A stretch of 64,000 nt of DNA from the human T2T-CHM13v2.0 reference genome, Homo sapiens, in NCBI RefSeq assembly GCF_009914755.1, contig NC_060931.1; one strand, 5' to 3'. The translations under genes and the position numbers were made by a program. A model generated the notes under the pieces. That model was not told the origin of the DNA. It did not search any database and saw only the letters and a list, made by a program, of their open reading frames with translations. This document shows positions 31,858 to 46,199 of this stretch, one piece after another. Each line of letters begins with the position of its first letter. The first letter of the stretch is position 1.

Positions 31858-32243
31858 GTCTTTTGAAATTTTAGTAATACAAGTCAGTAACTTGGTATTT
31901 GAAATTTTAGTATTTAAAAAAAAACTTCAATTGCATCATAAATCCTACTTCTTCATAGAAAAGACTAACAAAAAGTCCTTACAATTTAGAAGCGACTCCC
32001 CAGGGGCGGGGGTACACTTTCTAGAGGAGCTGAGTGCACTTGTGCAGGCGCTCAGCTTTTTGCAGTAAATAGGTGGAGTTTTCTAACCCAGAGGAGCCAG
32101 CCATATATATATATACATACACACATTTCCCTTATACATTTCCATTTAGCTACTGACAACCCTCAAGTTTATATCTCCAGCCTGGGCTTCTACCCTGAAC
32201 TCGACTTATCTAACTGCCTCCTTGAGTATCTCCATTTAGATAC

Positions 32244-32703
32244 TGTGTTAGCACATTCATGGTGCTATAACAAAATACCTGAGACTGGGTAATTTATAAA
32301 TAATAGAAATTTATTTCTTACAGTTCTGGAGACTTGGAAGTCCAAGATCAGGGCACTAGCAGATCTAATGCCTGATGAGGGCTGCTCTCTGCTTCCAAGA
32401 TGACGCCTTGCTGTGTCCACTGCAGGGAAGGAACACTATTTCCTCACGTGGTAGAAGGTCAGAAGGGCAAAACAGCAAAAGGGATGAATGTTGTATCCTT
32501 ACATGGCACAGGAAGCGGAAAGGCAAAAAGGAGTGCAGAGCTCCCTCACACTTCTTTTACAAGATCACTAATCCATTCATGAGGGCAGAGGCTTCATGAC
32601 CTAATCACCCCCTAAAGGCCCCACCTTCATGTAACACTATCATATTGGTGATTAAGTTTCAACATAAGAATTTTTGAAGGACACAAACATTCAAACCATA
32701 GCA
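32244..32703 (-). mobile_element. MST-type MaLR solo LTR inserted in L2
   Basis: tgtgttag...gctataacaaaatacctgagactgggtaatttataa...attcaaaccatagca; perfect 5-bp TSD GATAC. Confidence 0.92.
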
Positions 32704-33136
32704 GATACCTAACAGAAATCTCTGACTTGCTATGCCCATACCCAAAGCCCTGATTCTATCCCTCTTACCCCTCAAATTGTTCCTCCAGTCTTCATCTCGG
32801 CTAGGGACAACCCCACCCTTCCAGATGATCAGGTTAAAAACCCCAAAGTCATCCTTGACTTTCTTCTTTCACAACTGATATTCAATTAATTAGCAGGTCC
32901 TATAGAAGTTTCTTTCAAATTATATCCAGAATCTGACAACTTCTCACCCCCTGCACTGCTAACACCCTTATCTGAGCCATTATTTCTCACCTGCATTATT
33001 TTAATAGCCTCCTAGCTGATCTTCCTGCTTTCTCCTTTGACTCCCTATAGCCTATTCTCCATATAGTATTCAGTAATCCTTTTCAAAATCTAAGCCAGAT
33101 GATGTGACCCCCTCTGCTTAAATATCTCCAGTGCTT

Positions 33137-35026
<1,890 letters not shown>

Positions 35027-35294
35027 TCAATGACCTGTAAGACCACACACCACCTGGCCCCCAATCACTTCTGATCCCATCTACTACCACAATTACCCTT
35101 GTTTCCTGTGTTCTGATCACATTGGCCTTCTTGCAGTCAGAGTTCCTGTGTTTTGGAAGCAGATAGGCAAGATACTTGGGGGAAGCATAGGCATGGACAA
35201 TAAGCAGTCTCTGCCATACCAATTCAAATTTTGAGATGACATAAAATATATTCCGTCTGCATCCCATAGTATTATTTTCAGCCTACTATGTTCT

Positions 35295-35540
35295 GTGTGG
35301 TGATTTAAAGCCTGTCTCCAAGTTCTTTAATATCAAGTGGGTCTAATTCCCTTCCTGTTAAGTATAGGCAGGCCTTTATCCCTGCCTCAACAAACAGAAT
35401 GGTACAAAAGTGATGCTCTGTGACTTCTGAGGCTAGGTTAGAAAAGGCCATGCAGCATCTGCTGTTTCTCTTGGGATGCTTGCGTTAGAACCTAGTCACC
35501 ATGCCATGAGGAAGTAGAGAGAGCACATAGAAAGCCCATG
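35295..35540 (+). mobile_element. MLT1F/G-like LTR fragment
   Basis: aagtgatgctctgtgacttctgaggctaggttagaaaaggccatgcagc...caccatgccatgaggaag. Confidence 0.7.
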
Positions 35541-37490
35541 TGATCTAACATTCTCCATAGAATTAAGACTCTAAGAGGGTTTGATTTTTCCTTCCTGAGC
35601 TAGATACTAAATAAGATCTAGCCATGTCTCGTTACTGCCACTTCACTTGCTGAGGAGAATCAGGGTTATACGAACAGTGGAGAACTGTTATTTGAAAAAA
35701 AATACAACTTGTAGTTCTTGACAAACAATGGTGATGATCACTTTCTATATATTTTCCTAAACTCACTTCAACATGGTTTCTCCCTCACCATGTGATGGAT
35801 ACTACTGTAAGAATTAAGACCTCCAAATCACCAAATAACCATCTCTATCCTCATGATGCCTACATTTATACTTGCAGCAACTCTGATCTCCAGTCTAGAT
35901 CCAACTACCTGTTTCACATTTCCACTTGGATTTCTCACAAGCACTTTAATGGCAACTGAACTCATAATCTTCTCCACCCCTACAGGCCTAGTCCTCCCCC
36001 AAGATTTTCTATTTCAGAGAATGACTCTACCAATGCTGGTAGTACCTATTATCCAGGCCAGAAACTCTCTCATTCTGTATAACTCATGTATCCCATTCAC
36101 CTAACACAATGCCTGGCACATAACTAGTATTTAGAATCTGTTGAATTAAACACTTTTAGGGAAACCGCCATTAAATCGAACCCTCAACTCCTTGAAAGAA
36201 AAATGAAATGGATTACGGTTTATCTAAAACCCAAGCAAATCTCCAATCCTCTAAAACCCAGGCTCTTTCCAACATGCCAAAGCTACGACTATTTACTCGA
36301 ACAGTTGAATGCTTTCTAAAATTCCCATCATTACTGTGCATCAACATGCAGTTATGAATGAATTGATTATAATTTTCTCTGCTCTACCAAATTTCTACTT
36401 CTCATACTGTGTCTCATGAATGTGTGCCACTGCTGGAAAATGAACATTAACTGTGTATTCAGGGCATTTAATGACAAACTTGAGTGAAATGTTGTTATCT
36501 TTATAGGAAAGATTTTGTTGAGCTCTACTAAGCATTTTTGAAAGCAAAGTGTGATAGCAGAGTGAAATTACATGCGAAATTATCTAAACTATTCACATGT
36601 TAGGCAGCCACACTTTGTAGTAGATGAAGCTTTCTAAATGTAGGAGATGAAGCTGAATAATATCAACCTCTGGTCAAATTAACTCCAATCCAAGCTTCTG
36701 CCTATGGCTAAAGGCACAAAATGCAAACAATTATAGTACACAATAGTGTGAGAATTCAGGTAGCAATGGAGGACACTATTACACATGAGACAGTTTCTGA
36801 ATTTCATCTGCTATTTTTGATACTTATTGAGTACTTAATGTGATAGGAGATGCATTATTCCTGGACTTGGTCCCTGACTTTTCTTTGGAATGTACAAGCA
36901 GAGTGATGCATACTTTGGAGAGACTGAGTGGGCTTCTTACAGTCTGAGTTTTTCATGCTCCAGACCATCTTAATTACATTAATCAGTTGTTGGTTAACTA
37001 AATCTGTTGGAGGTATACCACTAATTGTTCAGCCAGTACACCTTGAGGGAAAAAAATGTAAGTCCTCAGTCACCTGCTCTCTGATTTGATAATTCTCAGC
37101 TATAATTTTGACCTATCCCACAGGATATTGAAAAATAAGTAATGAAATCTGTGTACGGATTGGAACCCAGTAGATAACACTTCAATTTTAAAAATTAAAA
37201 TCCAAGGTATTGTTTCCATTTGAGTAACTCCAAAATTTAAACAAGAAATAATTTTTCTAGGTATGAGGTAAGATTACAGTAAAAAAGGGATGTGCCTCTT
37301 TCTAGTAAGAATGTCACATTCCCTCATTTACCTCCTTTCTAGCCCACAAAGACACATTTCAGGATAATAATAGCTTTATTGAACAATTACTCTGTGCCAG
37401 GTACCTTACTTAGATCAGGGTTTCTCAACCTCTGCACAAGTGACATTTGAGGGTCAGATTATTCTGTTATAGGATATTAATTTTAGTATA

Positions 37491-38195
37491 CAGTAGTCCC
37501 CCTTTATCCACAGGGGCAATAAGTTCCAAGACCTCCAGTGGATGGCTAAACCCTCTAACAGTCCTGAACCTGATTACCATAATTTGAACACATTTCGGTT
37601 CACATCTTCTGCCTTTTCCATCTTAACTAAGCACTTATCATGCACTGTGGCCACAACTCTTGCAGTTTGAGGTACAACAGCAAAACTAGCATGAATTTTT
37701 TTTCTTCTTTACAATTTCACAGATAGAAGATTCATTCTTACCACATTCTTAGCAACTTCAGCATATGATGTTTTTCTTTCCTTATTGAGAACTTACACCT
37801 TTTCACTTAAAGGAAGCACTTTACAGCTTCTCTTTGACATATCCAAATTGCCAGCATGACTACTCTTGCACTTTGGGGCCATTAAGTAAAATAAGAGTTA
37901 CTTGAATGCAAGCCCTGAGATACTGCAAGAGTCAATCTGATAACCTAGACAACTACTAAGCAACTCACCGGTGGGTAGTATGGACAGCATGGACAGGCTG
38001 GGCAAAGGGATGATTCACATCCTAGGCGGGACAGCATGAGAGTTCGTCACACTACTCAGAAAAGCATGCAGTTTAAAACTTATGAGCTGTTTATTTCTGG
38101 TGTTTTCCATTTAATATTTTCAGACCACAGTCTGAGGATGACAGACAGTAACTGAACTCAAGGAAAGCAGTATCATGGGTAAGTGGGGACTACTG
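37491..38195. mobile_element. MER44 (Tigger7-derived TcMar) DNA transposon, about 705 bp
   Basis: TIRs cagtagtccccctttatcca / tgggtaagtggggactactg, flanked by the TA target duplication. Confidence 0.88.
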
Positions 38196-38616
38196 TATTT
38201 CTGGTGTTTTCCATTTAATATTTTCAGACCACAGTCTGAGGATGACGGACAGTAACTGAACTCAAGGAAAGCAGTATCATGGGTAAGTGGGGACTACTGT
38301 ATTTCTGGTGTTTTCCATTTAATATTTTCAGACCACAGTCTGAGGATGACGGACAGTAACTGAACTCAAGGAAAGCAGTATCATGGGTAAGTGGGGACTA
38401 CTGTATTTCTGGTGTTTTCCATTTAATATTTTCAGACCACAGTCTGAGGATGACGGACAGTAACTGAACTCAAGGAAAGCAGTATCATGGGTAAGTGGGG
38501 ACTACTGTATTTCTGGTGTTTTCCATTTAATATTTTCAGACCACAGTCTGAGGATGACGGACAGTAACTGAACTCAAGGAAAGCAGTATCATGGGTAAGT
38601 GGGGACTACTGTATTT
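38092..38616 (+). repeat. Tandem repeat, 104-bp unit x 5 (plus 5 nt)
   Basis: Units start at 38092, 38196, 38300, 38404 and 38508. Copies 2-5 look identical; copy 1 differs by one base (A at 38143 vs G). Confidence 0.97.
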
Positions 38617-39409
38617 AGCAGCATCCCTGGCCTTTACCCTCCCCACACCCAGTTGTGACAACCAAAACTGTCTCCAGAAATGACTACGTTTGCCGGCGGG
38701 CAAAATGTCCCTAGTTGAGAACTACTGCCTTAGATATATTCATTTATTTAATCCTGTAAAAATGCTACGAAGTAAATTCTACTTTCCACTATACAGGTGA
38801 GAAAGTCACAGAGACACATTAAATAACTTGCCTAAGGCCAGACAGCCAGTAGCAATACAGCTGGTATTTGATCCAAGGATTCCAGAGCCTGGAGTCTCAA
38901 CTGCTATCTTGGTATCAAGACTTTGACCCCTTTATGACTAATGAGATGAGGCTTGGTAGATCACAATCTCTTCCAGAGTTGTTGAAAGGAATTGCTGCAT
39001 CAACGAAAGCTTGAAATGGGCTTGAAAATGACTTGAAAGTAAGAGGGAAGAGGGAGTAAGGTCTCCACCTATGTATACCTGGCTCACGGTAATTGAAAGA
39101 AGACATTTGTAAAATGGAGGACCACCTATGTATAGTCTAAAAACCTACAGCTTAGTAACTTTCTTCTGCTACCACCTAAATTACTTTTACACCTAGGTAG
39201 AGTAGATGCTGAGTATAATTTAAGTGCCTCCTCTTAACAGAAATTTCTGGCCCGCCGGCCAGCCTAATTCTCATTATTGGATTCCCTCCTGTAATTGGAG
39301 ATTCATATCTTCCAATTAGAGAATTCCACTTGCAGATGACCCTTGTTAAAATGCCAACATCCATATTAAGCTCTGTTAGTATTCATCTAAATAAATTAAT
39401 CAAATTAGC

Positions 39410-39420
39410 TGCTGAGTCAT
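39410..39420 (-). promoter_or_regulatory. Perfect ARE / NF-E2-MAF (AP-1-containing) motif ATGACTCAGCA in a candidate enhancer
   Basis: TGCTGAGTCAT on + is an exact consensus match. Function is not shown by sequence alone. Confidence 0.45.
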
Positions 39421-40575
39421 TTAGCAAGCCATTAGAAAGTAAATTACAAAACAGGAAAGTTCTGATGACCCAGTCAGGGGCAGGGAAAATCTGGTTAGTG
39501 TTATGCCGGGAAGCCACATCTGGGGCTGGTAACAAGGTGGGGCAGTACAGGAGAGGAAATGCACCGGGCAGGAGACAGGTGACCAGCTGTGAGGATGCAT
39601 GGACAGTCACTTATAGGAAACTTCACCTCCTTTCCATCCTTCTCTCCAGTTTCCTATTTGATAATTTCTCCCCTCCTGATATCCCAGAGTTCTTCCCTCA
39701 AAATACAGACTGGTTCCGCTTATCCGTGACAGGCTGCACAGCAGACATGCATCTGCAAAACAAATATGAGGGGCTGAAAGCTATCCTAGGTGGTGTTGCT
39801 CTTCCTTCAATCAGCTACCCAAATTGTTTTCTACAGCTTGATGACATGGATTTCTACATGCTGGAAACTAAGCCAGAATCCACACTACGCATGGCTTTTC
39901 TCTGACCCTGGCATCTCCAAACATCTTGTGAAACACAAACTTCATTTTCTGTGGGACAAGAGATTTACAGTGGGGATGCTCTATCACTTGCTGTGGATGT
40001 CAATCTTCAGGCAAGAAAGTCTGTCTTATTTATGTAGGGAGGCGAAAGGAATTCCATTCCTTTTCTCCCTAACTCATTACCTCTAAATAGTAGATAATTA
40101 CTTGCTTTCTTTGAACCAGATAGTTACACTAAAAGTGCCTATCGTGAGAATTTTTCTTCAAAAAAAATGAAGAAATAAAATGCCACTGAAATTTACACTA
40201 GGTTCTATAACTAAGAACTTTAAGTCTGCTTAAAATAATTTTCAAGCATTCAAATGCTAAAAGAAAATTTCTTCAAAAATATGGACAAGAAAATCAAAAC
40301 CAAAGTTCACAAGTGATATAACAGGAAAAAAAATTATTGTGGAACTCTTAAAGGCCAGTGATTTTAAAAAAGAGAAAGAAAGAAAATAAAACCATGATAC
40401 TGATAAAAAAAAAAAAAACTGGGTTGGGTAGCTAATTTTAAGAAAGTGACCAGATAAACCTTATACAAGCATACCACAGTTATCAAGTAGGCTGAAAGAG
40501 GGAAAGTTGGTCTGTTTCTGATCAAACTACCTTGCCTTTTGAGAAAAGCAAGTGAAAAGATAAATACACACAAGC

Positions 40576-41082
40576 TTGGATTTTAAAAAGAACTTGTATT
40601 TATTATATTTTGCAACTATGATCTTTTAAAACAGTGGCCTTAGGAAAATCTGCTTTGGCAAGCGACTGCAGAGGCTCCTGTGGAGAGGAAGTGAAAAGAA
40701 TGGGCATATAAACAAGGGCTGCTGGCACGTTCAAAGCGCAGGGGATAGTTCACAGAGCAAAATGTAGTCCTAAGTAAATGGGTTTCAGGCAATTTCAGTG
40801 TTAAGATAACATCATTAAGAGTAGAACAGATTGTGCTCAAACCCTGCTGTTTATAATTAACACGTTGCTTCCAAATACTCCAGGGTCCCTGGTAAATAGT
40901 CTTCTGCTCACATCCACCCAGACCAATCAGAATATTTTCATCAGATTCCATGCTGGGCCAGCACCTGTTTGGACAAATCCAATAGAGCCAAAGAACTCCT
41001 CTCCTTGGCCAGCTAAGTAGCTGGATGAACACAGCTTGGCTTAGTCATTGTCACAGTGTCCATATGGCTTTGAAGCTTGTTT
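40576..41082 (-). other. ORC5: ORC5 3' UTR (about 0.5 kb; 3' end approximate)
   Basis: Non-repetitive sequence between the TGA stop and the AATAAA signal. The cleavage site is inferred about 20-25 nt past the hexamer. Confidence 0.8.
40599..40604 (-). terminator. ORC5 polyadenylation signal AATAAA
   Basis: TTTATT on + (AATAAA on -), followed on the minus strand by a GT/T-rich downstream element (ttgtgtgtatttatcttttcactt). Confidence 0.8.
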
Positions 41083-41128
41083 TCACAAGAAATCATACAA
41101 GTATTTTATTATGTCAAAGTTCACCGTC
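41083..41128 (-). CDS. ORC5: ORC5 terminal exon, coding part (46 nt including stop)
   Basis: Minus strand: ttttgtttttag|G ACG GTG AAC TTT GAC ATA ATA AAA TAC TTG TAT GAT TTC TTG TGA = (R)TVNFDIIKYLYDFL*, the ORC5 C-terminus. The first G completes the AG|G Arg codon. A branch-point-like TGCTAAC lies at 41152-41158. Confidence 0.97.
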
Positions 41129-42358
41129 CTAAAAACAAAAACAGATAATATGTTAGCATTCTCACCCCTAGATTGCTCAGCTTTGTATGATTCTGGAAAG
41201 CACATGCAAAATAATTCATGACTAATGCTAAAAATCCTATAGTGCTATCAAATGCACCCTGATAGGACTGACATTAATTCTTTAAAATGTTATTAGGAAC
41301 ACAATATTTTAATTTTTTTTTTTTTTTGCCATGCACGAAGTTTGCCTTTCTAAAAAAAAGTAAACGAAGCTAGAGCTATTCAACATTATGTACTTCAATT
41401 GTACTACAGAAAGTTTAGACTTCATTTGAAAGCTATTTGCTTTGTCTAATAACCAGAATAAAGTAATTAGAGATTCAAAAGTATTTAAATCTTCTTTGCT
41501 TCTGAACATTGTTTATCTTCCGAGACACCTGTTTTGTCATTACATAATGCATAGCTCATCTGTCCTCATTTATAGTTTTCATTCTTTTCAGTCTTTTAAC
41601 GCTGGCTGACCTGTGTGTGTATTGTAACTAAATCTGTATGATCCAAGAATATGATACAACAAACAGATGATGTGAATGTATATTTTTGTACTCTGATGGC
41701 AGGCAGAATAAAATAGCAGAGAGAGAGACATATAATTATTCTCCTTTCACAAAACTCATTCTTCACTATAAATATTCAGACTTGGTTTATTATTTGAATA
41801 AATGGTCAAAATAATTGGATATAATGATCTAGCAATAAGTATAAAATTAAAGCCTTAAGTATTCAATTCTGCAAAAATAATCATCCATGTGAGAACAGCC
41901 TTTTAAAGATTCACTAATTGCATGCTCTTATTTATTAAACCATCATCAATTAATGTTTTTGTCTATCATTTTGCAATATACTTTCTAAAAAAGTTTCTAA
42001 GCAAATGACTGACATATCAAATATTTTTTAAAATGTGGAATGGGAAACTATAGATACTGCTTATGAAAACACATTTAAAAATAGCTAAAAAGAGATGCTA
42101 TGGCTATTGTGGTACCTAATGTTGGACTGAAGAATAACTTGCTTCATTGTAACAGTGCCTCTGAAGAATACTAAGCCTTTCCAAATGGTATAAAACTGCC
42201 AAAACAATACTGCAGAACTAAAAAGTTTAAAAAAAATCTTTTGCATAAAGACGCAAAAAGTATGGTTATTAAATCATAAAGTTATTTTATATGTTTTTCT
42301 TTCGTTCAACTCTAGAAACACCCAAATTTATGGGCACCAAAGTACTTTTGACACATGA

Positions 42359-42670
<312 letters not shown>

Positions 42671-42747
42671 TAAAAAATCGTGATACTGATTGAAAAGATC
42701 TTATTTAGAGGACCATAGAAAGGAAACGGATATAATAGACTACTTTT

Positions 42748-42990
42748 TTTTTTAAACTTCATTTTATTATTATTATACCTTAAGTTTTAGGGTACATGTG
42801 CACAATGTGCAGGTTAGTTACATATGTATACATGTGCCATGCTGGTGTGCTGCACCCATTAACTCGTCATTTAGCATTAGGTATATCTCCTAATGCTATC
42901 CCTCCCCCCTCCCCCCCACCCCACAACAGTCCCCAGAGTGTGATGTTCCCCTTCCTGTGTCCGTGTGTTCTCATTGTTCAGTTCCCACCT
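42748..42990 (-). mobile_element. Very short L1PA2/3-like 3' UTR insertion (about 243 bp)
   Basis: Near-consensus L1 3' end; 13-bp TSD atagactactttt at 42735-42747 and 42991-43003. Confidence 0.95.
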
Positions 42991-45716
42991 ATAGACTACT
43001 TTTAACCACGGACAGAAAAGGCAAGTGGTATTTGTACATCTCTCCAGGCACATTTCTCCACAATGACTTTGGGTCTTAGGTTATAAACCTAAAGTAATAT
43101 GGTAAAATGGACTTAATGTTGTGTTGCTAATTTTTTTTTTTTCTGGACTTGGGTGAAAACAAAATTTTTGAAGCAGGTAAGATTAAAACAACTTAAATTC
43201 CAAAACTAGGAGAATCCATAAATTACAATACATTATTTGATGAAATATTATACAGCCATACAAAATGATCAATATGAAGATATACCAGCAATATTAAGGG
43301 AGAAAGGGAGAAGAAATAATTGCAAGTAAGTTGTGACGGCTGCAGAGAAATGTTTGTCTAATGGACTAGTACTAGAAGAGCACAAATACATGAAAATATT
43401 GTGATGTCTGTAGGACTTCTCTATTTTTTGAGAAATCTGTTTGTTACTATAGCATTAGAATAGTTTGTACAATAAATAAATAACAGAACAGACTTAATAG
43501 AATGAATGGAGTGACTTAAAAACACTAAGCAACTTAAATGTTCATAAAACTTTCATTATATTCCCTTTCTGTACTTTGTCAGTGGTAAGTATTCATGCAA
43601 ACTGAATCATAGTAAGAGTTTTAGATTAAAAAAAATCGATCAGGAATTGAATATAAAATCATTCCTTTAAGAAACATTTACTTCCCAAGATGTATCACTA
43701 TCTCTACCATTCCTCCACCCCCAATATAAATAGGTAACTTGCCAATTGATCTCACATATATTATTTTAAGACATGGCAGAATTTGTTAGAATAATCACAG
43801 GGGCAACATAAAAAACTATGCCACACATCCGAAAGATAATTTTGTGCTTTAAAGTACTTGAAGACAAACAATCCTCTTTAAAGAAAGGTATAACTTACAA
43901 GAGAATTGTGTAATTTGCATGGATGTTCCCTGGCTTTCCATGGTCACAGATGCATATTATAGTCACGTAAGTATAATTTTAAACTTTGGGATAACTTTCA
44001 ATATACTATGGGAGATTCTCCCACAGAACATAAATGAATTATTTTCTAAAGTAACCAGCTGGAAAGAAATACAGTAAACACGAATAGTGTGGTGGCAATT
44101 TTCCTAGGAGTAATTCTTAAATCAGAATTTAGAATACGTTAATACAACTTAATTATATGGCATATATTTAAGGATTTAATTTTGCCTTTATCCTTTTATT
44201 TCATTTTGTTGATTCATTAAAATACTTTTTCTTTCTTTAGGATACTATTTTGTTTCCTTTTACTTTTGTGGGCAGTTTGAGTTTGAGATTTTTTTAATTT
44301 TTTTTTTTTCTGACAACTTGCAACCATACAACTTTAAGTTGTAACCTCTATTTATCTTATAGTGTCTTCCCACTGACTGTGGAAGAAAAACAATTGAAAA
44401 TGTGTAACTACCATTCACATTAAGAACAATCCAAGAACAAAATTTAGTAAGCTTTTCAGTCATCTGTTATCTGCCTTCTCCCATACTCTATCTCCAAATT
44501 CTATGTTCCCTTTCTAGAATCAGCTTCCTACAGCTTCTCTGTCCAAACCTTTCCACTGTAGTCTCTATATCCTCTATCTCTTCAAGGAATGGTTATTTTC
44601 CCCTTCCAGGCTTAACTGAAACTAGGCTCCCCTCAAAGGACATAGTCTTTTCTTCAGCTCCTTCCAATGAATGTTTAACTCTCTACTGTACCCCCGGACA
44701 GTTCTGTCAGGTGGGGCTGGTGTCCTGTGCAAAAAGCTCTGCTACTCTGAGATTAAGACCATTCTGCTCACCATCCCCATCCTCTTTGTCGCCATCCCTT
44801 AGTCACTGAGTAATTTAGCATACAGTTCAGTCTTCCTTTCCAACCCAAGACCTGCGTCAGCCTAGTGACTTCACTATATATTTCTCTTTCTTACCTCCAA
44901 TAACCTTTTCCACTCTCATAATCACACTCAGAAATGCTCTACTTCTAAAGAAATAAATTCAGACATTCTACCTTATGATCCCCAATTTCTCCCTTTTTTG
45001 CTATCTGGAACATGTTGGGACAATCAGTTCACAAATGGCTTCATTTTTTCCTGATCTACAAACATTAACTGAGTATCTATATGCTAGGCACTGAATTATT
45101 AGCCCCCGACTGGCTTTACTTCCTTCCTGCCCGTCCTAGCTTAAGACTCCATGATTCATCAGGTCAAGTGGTTACTTGCTGGAATCCACTGAACTTACCT
45201 GGCAAAACCCCAGTACGATGTGATTTCGATTATAATTCTTTGCTGTCCCAGTCTCTAGCACATGGATTGGTGTTGGAGAAGATCACAAGTCTCACAGATT
45301 GGTGCCATTGTAAGTAAATTCAAGGTCAAAAACCTCAACACTCCCAACAAACTGCTTTCCTTTCAACAGTTTCTTCCATTCCCCATGGCAGCTATTTCAA
45401 ATGTTCCAGATTTCTCTAAACTGCTACTATTTCTGCCCTTAGTCTCAATTTTGTCTCCTCCTTCTCGGAGAAAATGGAATTCATCAGATCAGAACTCCCT
45501 CAACTTTTTGCCACCAAACCTCCAAATTCAGCTCCATCAGAATCCATCTTTTTCTCTTGTTATAACGCAAGAAGATTCCGCTCTCTCATCTACAGCTCTT
45601 GCAACTCAAATTCTAAACCCCATGCTTATATAACGTTTCAGTAATTTTGTGCTTTAAATTAATCTTTCTCCATTTTGTATCATTAACTCTCCTTCTCTAT
45701 CTGTTCTTTCCTATCA

Positions 45717-46199
<483 letters not shown>

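Larger units (their letters stand above)
37416..38727 (+). mobile_element. MER20 hAT MITE (37416-37490 plus 38612-38727), split by MER44 and itself inserted in a MIR
   Basis: cagggtttctcaacc ... tttagcagcatccctggcc...gttgagaactactg; 8-bp TSD acttagat/ccttagat; MIR text on both flanks. Confidence 0.88.

Noticed and set aside
32028-32062. Hairpin plus T-run resembling a bacterial intrinsic terminator
   Set aside because: The context is eukaryotic with no upstream gene, so it is not annotated as a terminator and is kept only as a low-interest observation.
38092-38616. Regular repeat array resembling a CRISPR array
   Set aside because: The units are head-to-tail with no unique spacers, derive from the end of MER44, and the DNA is primate with no cas genes.
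39330-39905. 191-aa + strand ORF, the longest non-L1 ORF
   Set aside because: Non-ATG first codon, no recognisable domain or exon structure, and it overlaps a motif-rich probable regulatory block. Treated as a chance ORF.
41105-41110. AATAAA on the minus strand near the ORC5 last exon
   Set aside because: It lies inside the coding sequence (ATA ATA AAA, Ile-Ile-Lys). The hexamer at 40599-40604 with a GT-rich downstream element is the better polyA signal.
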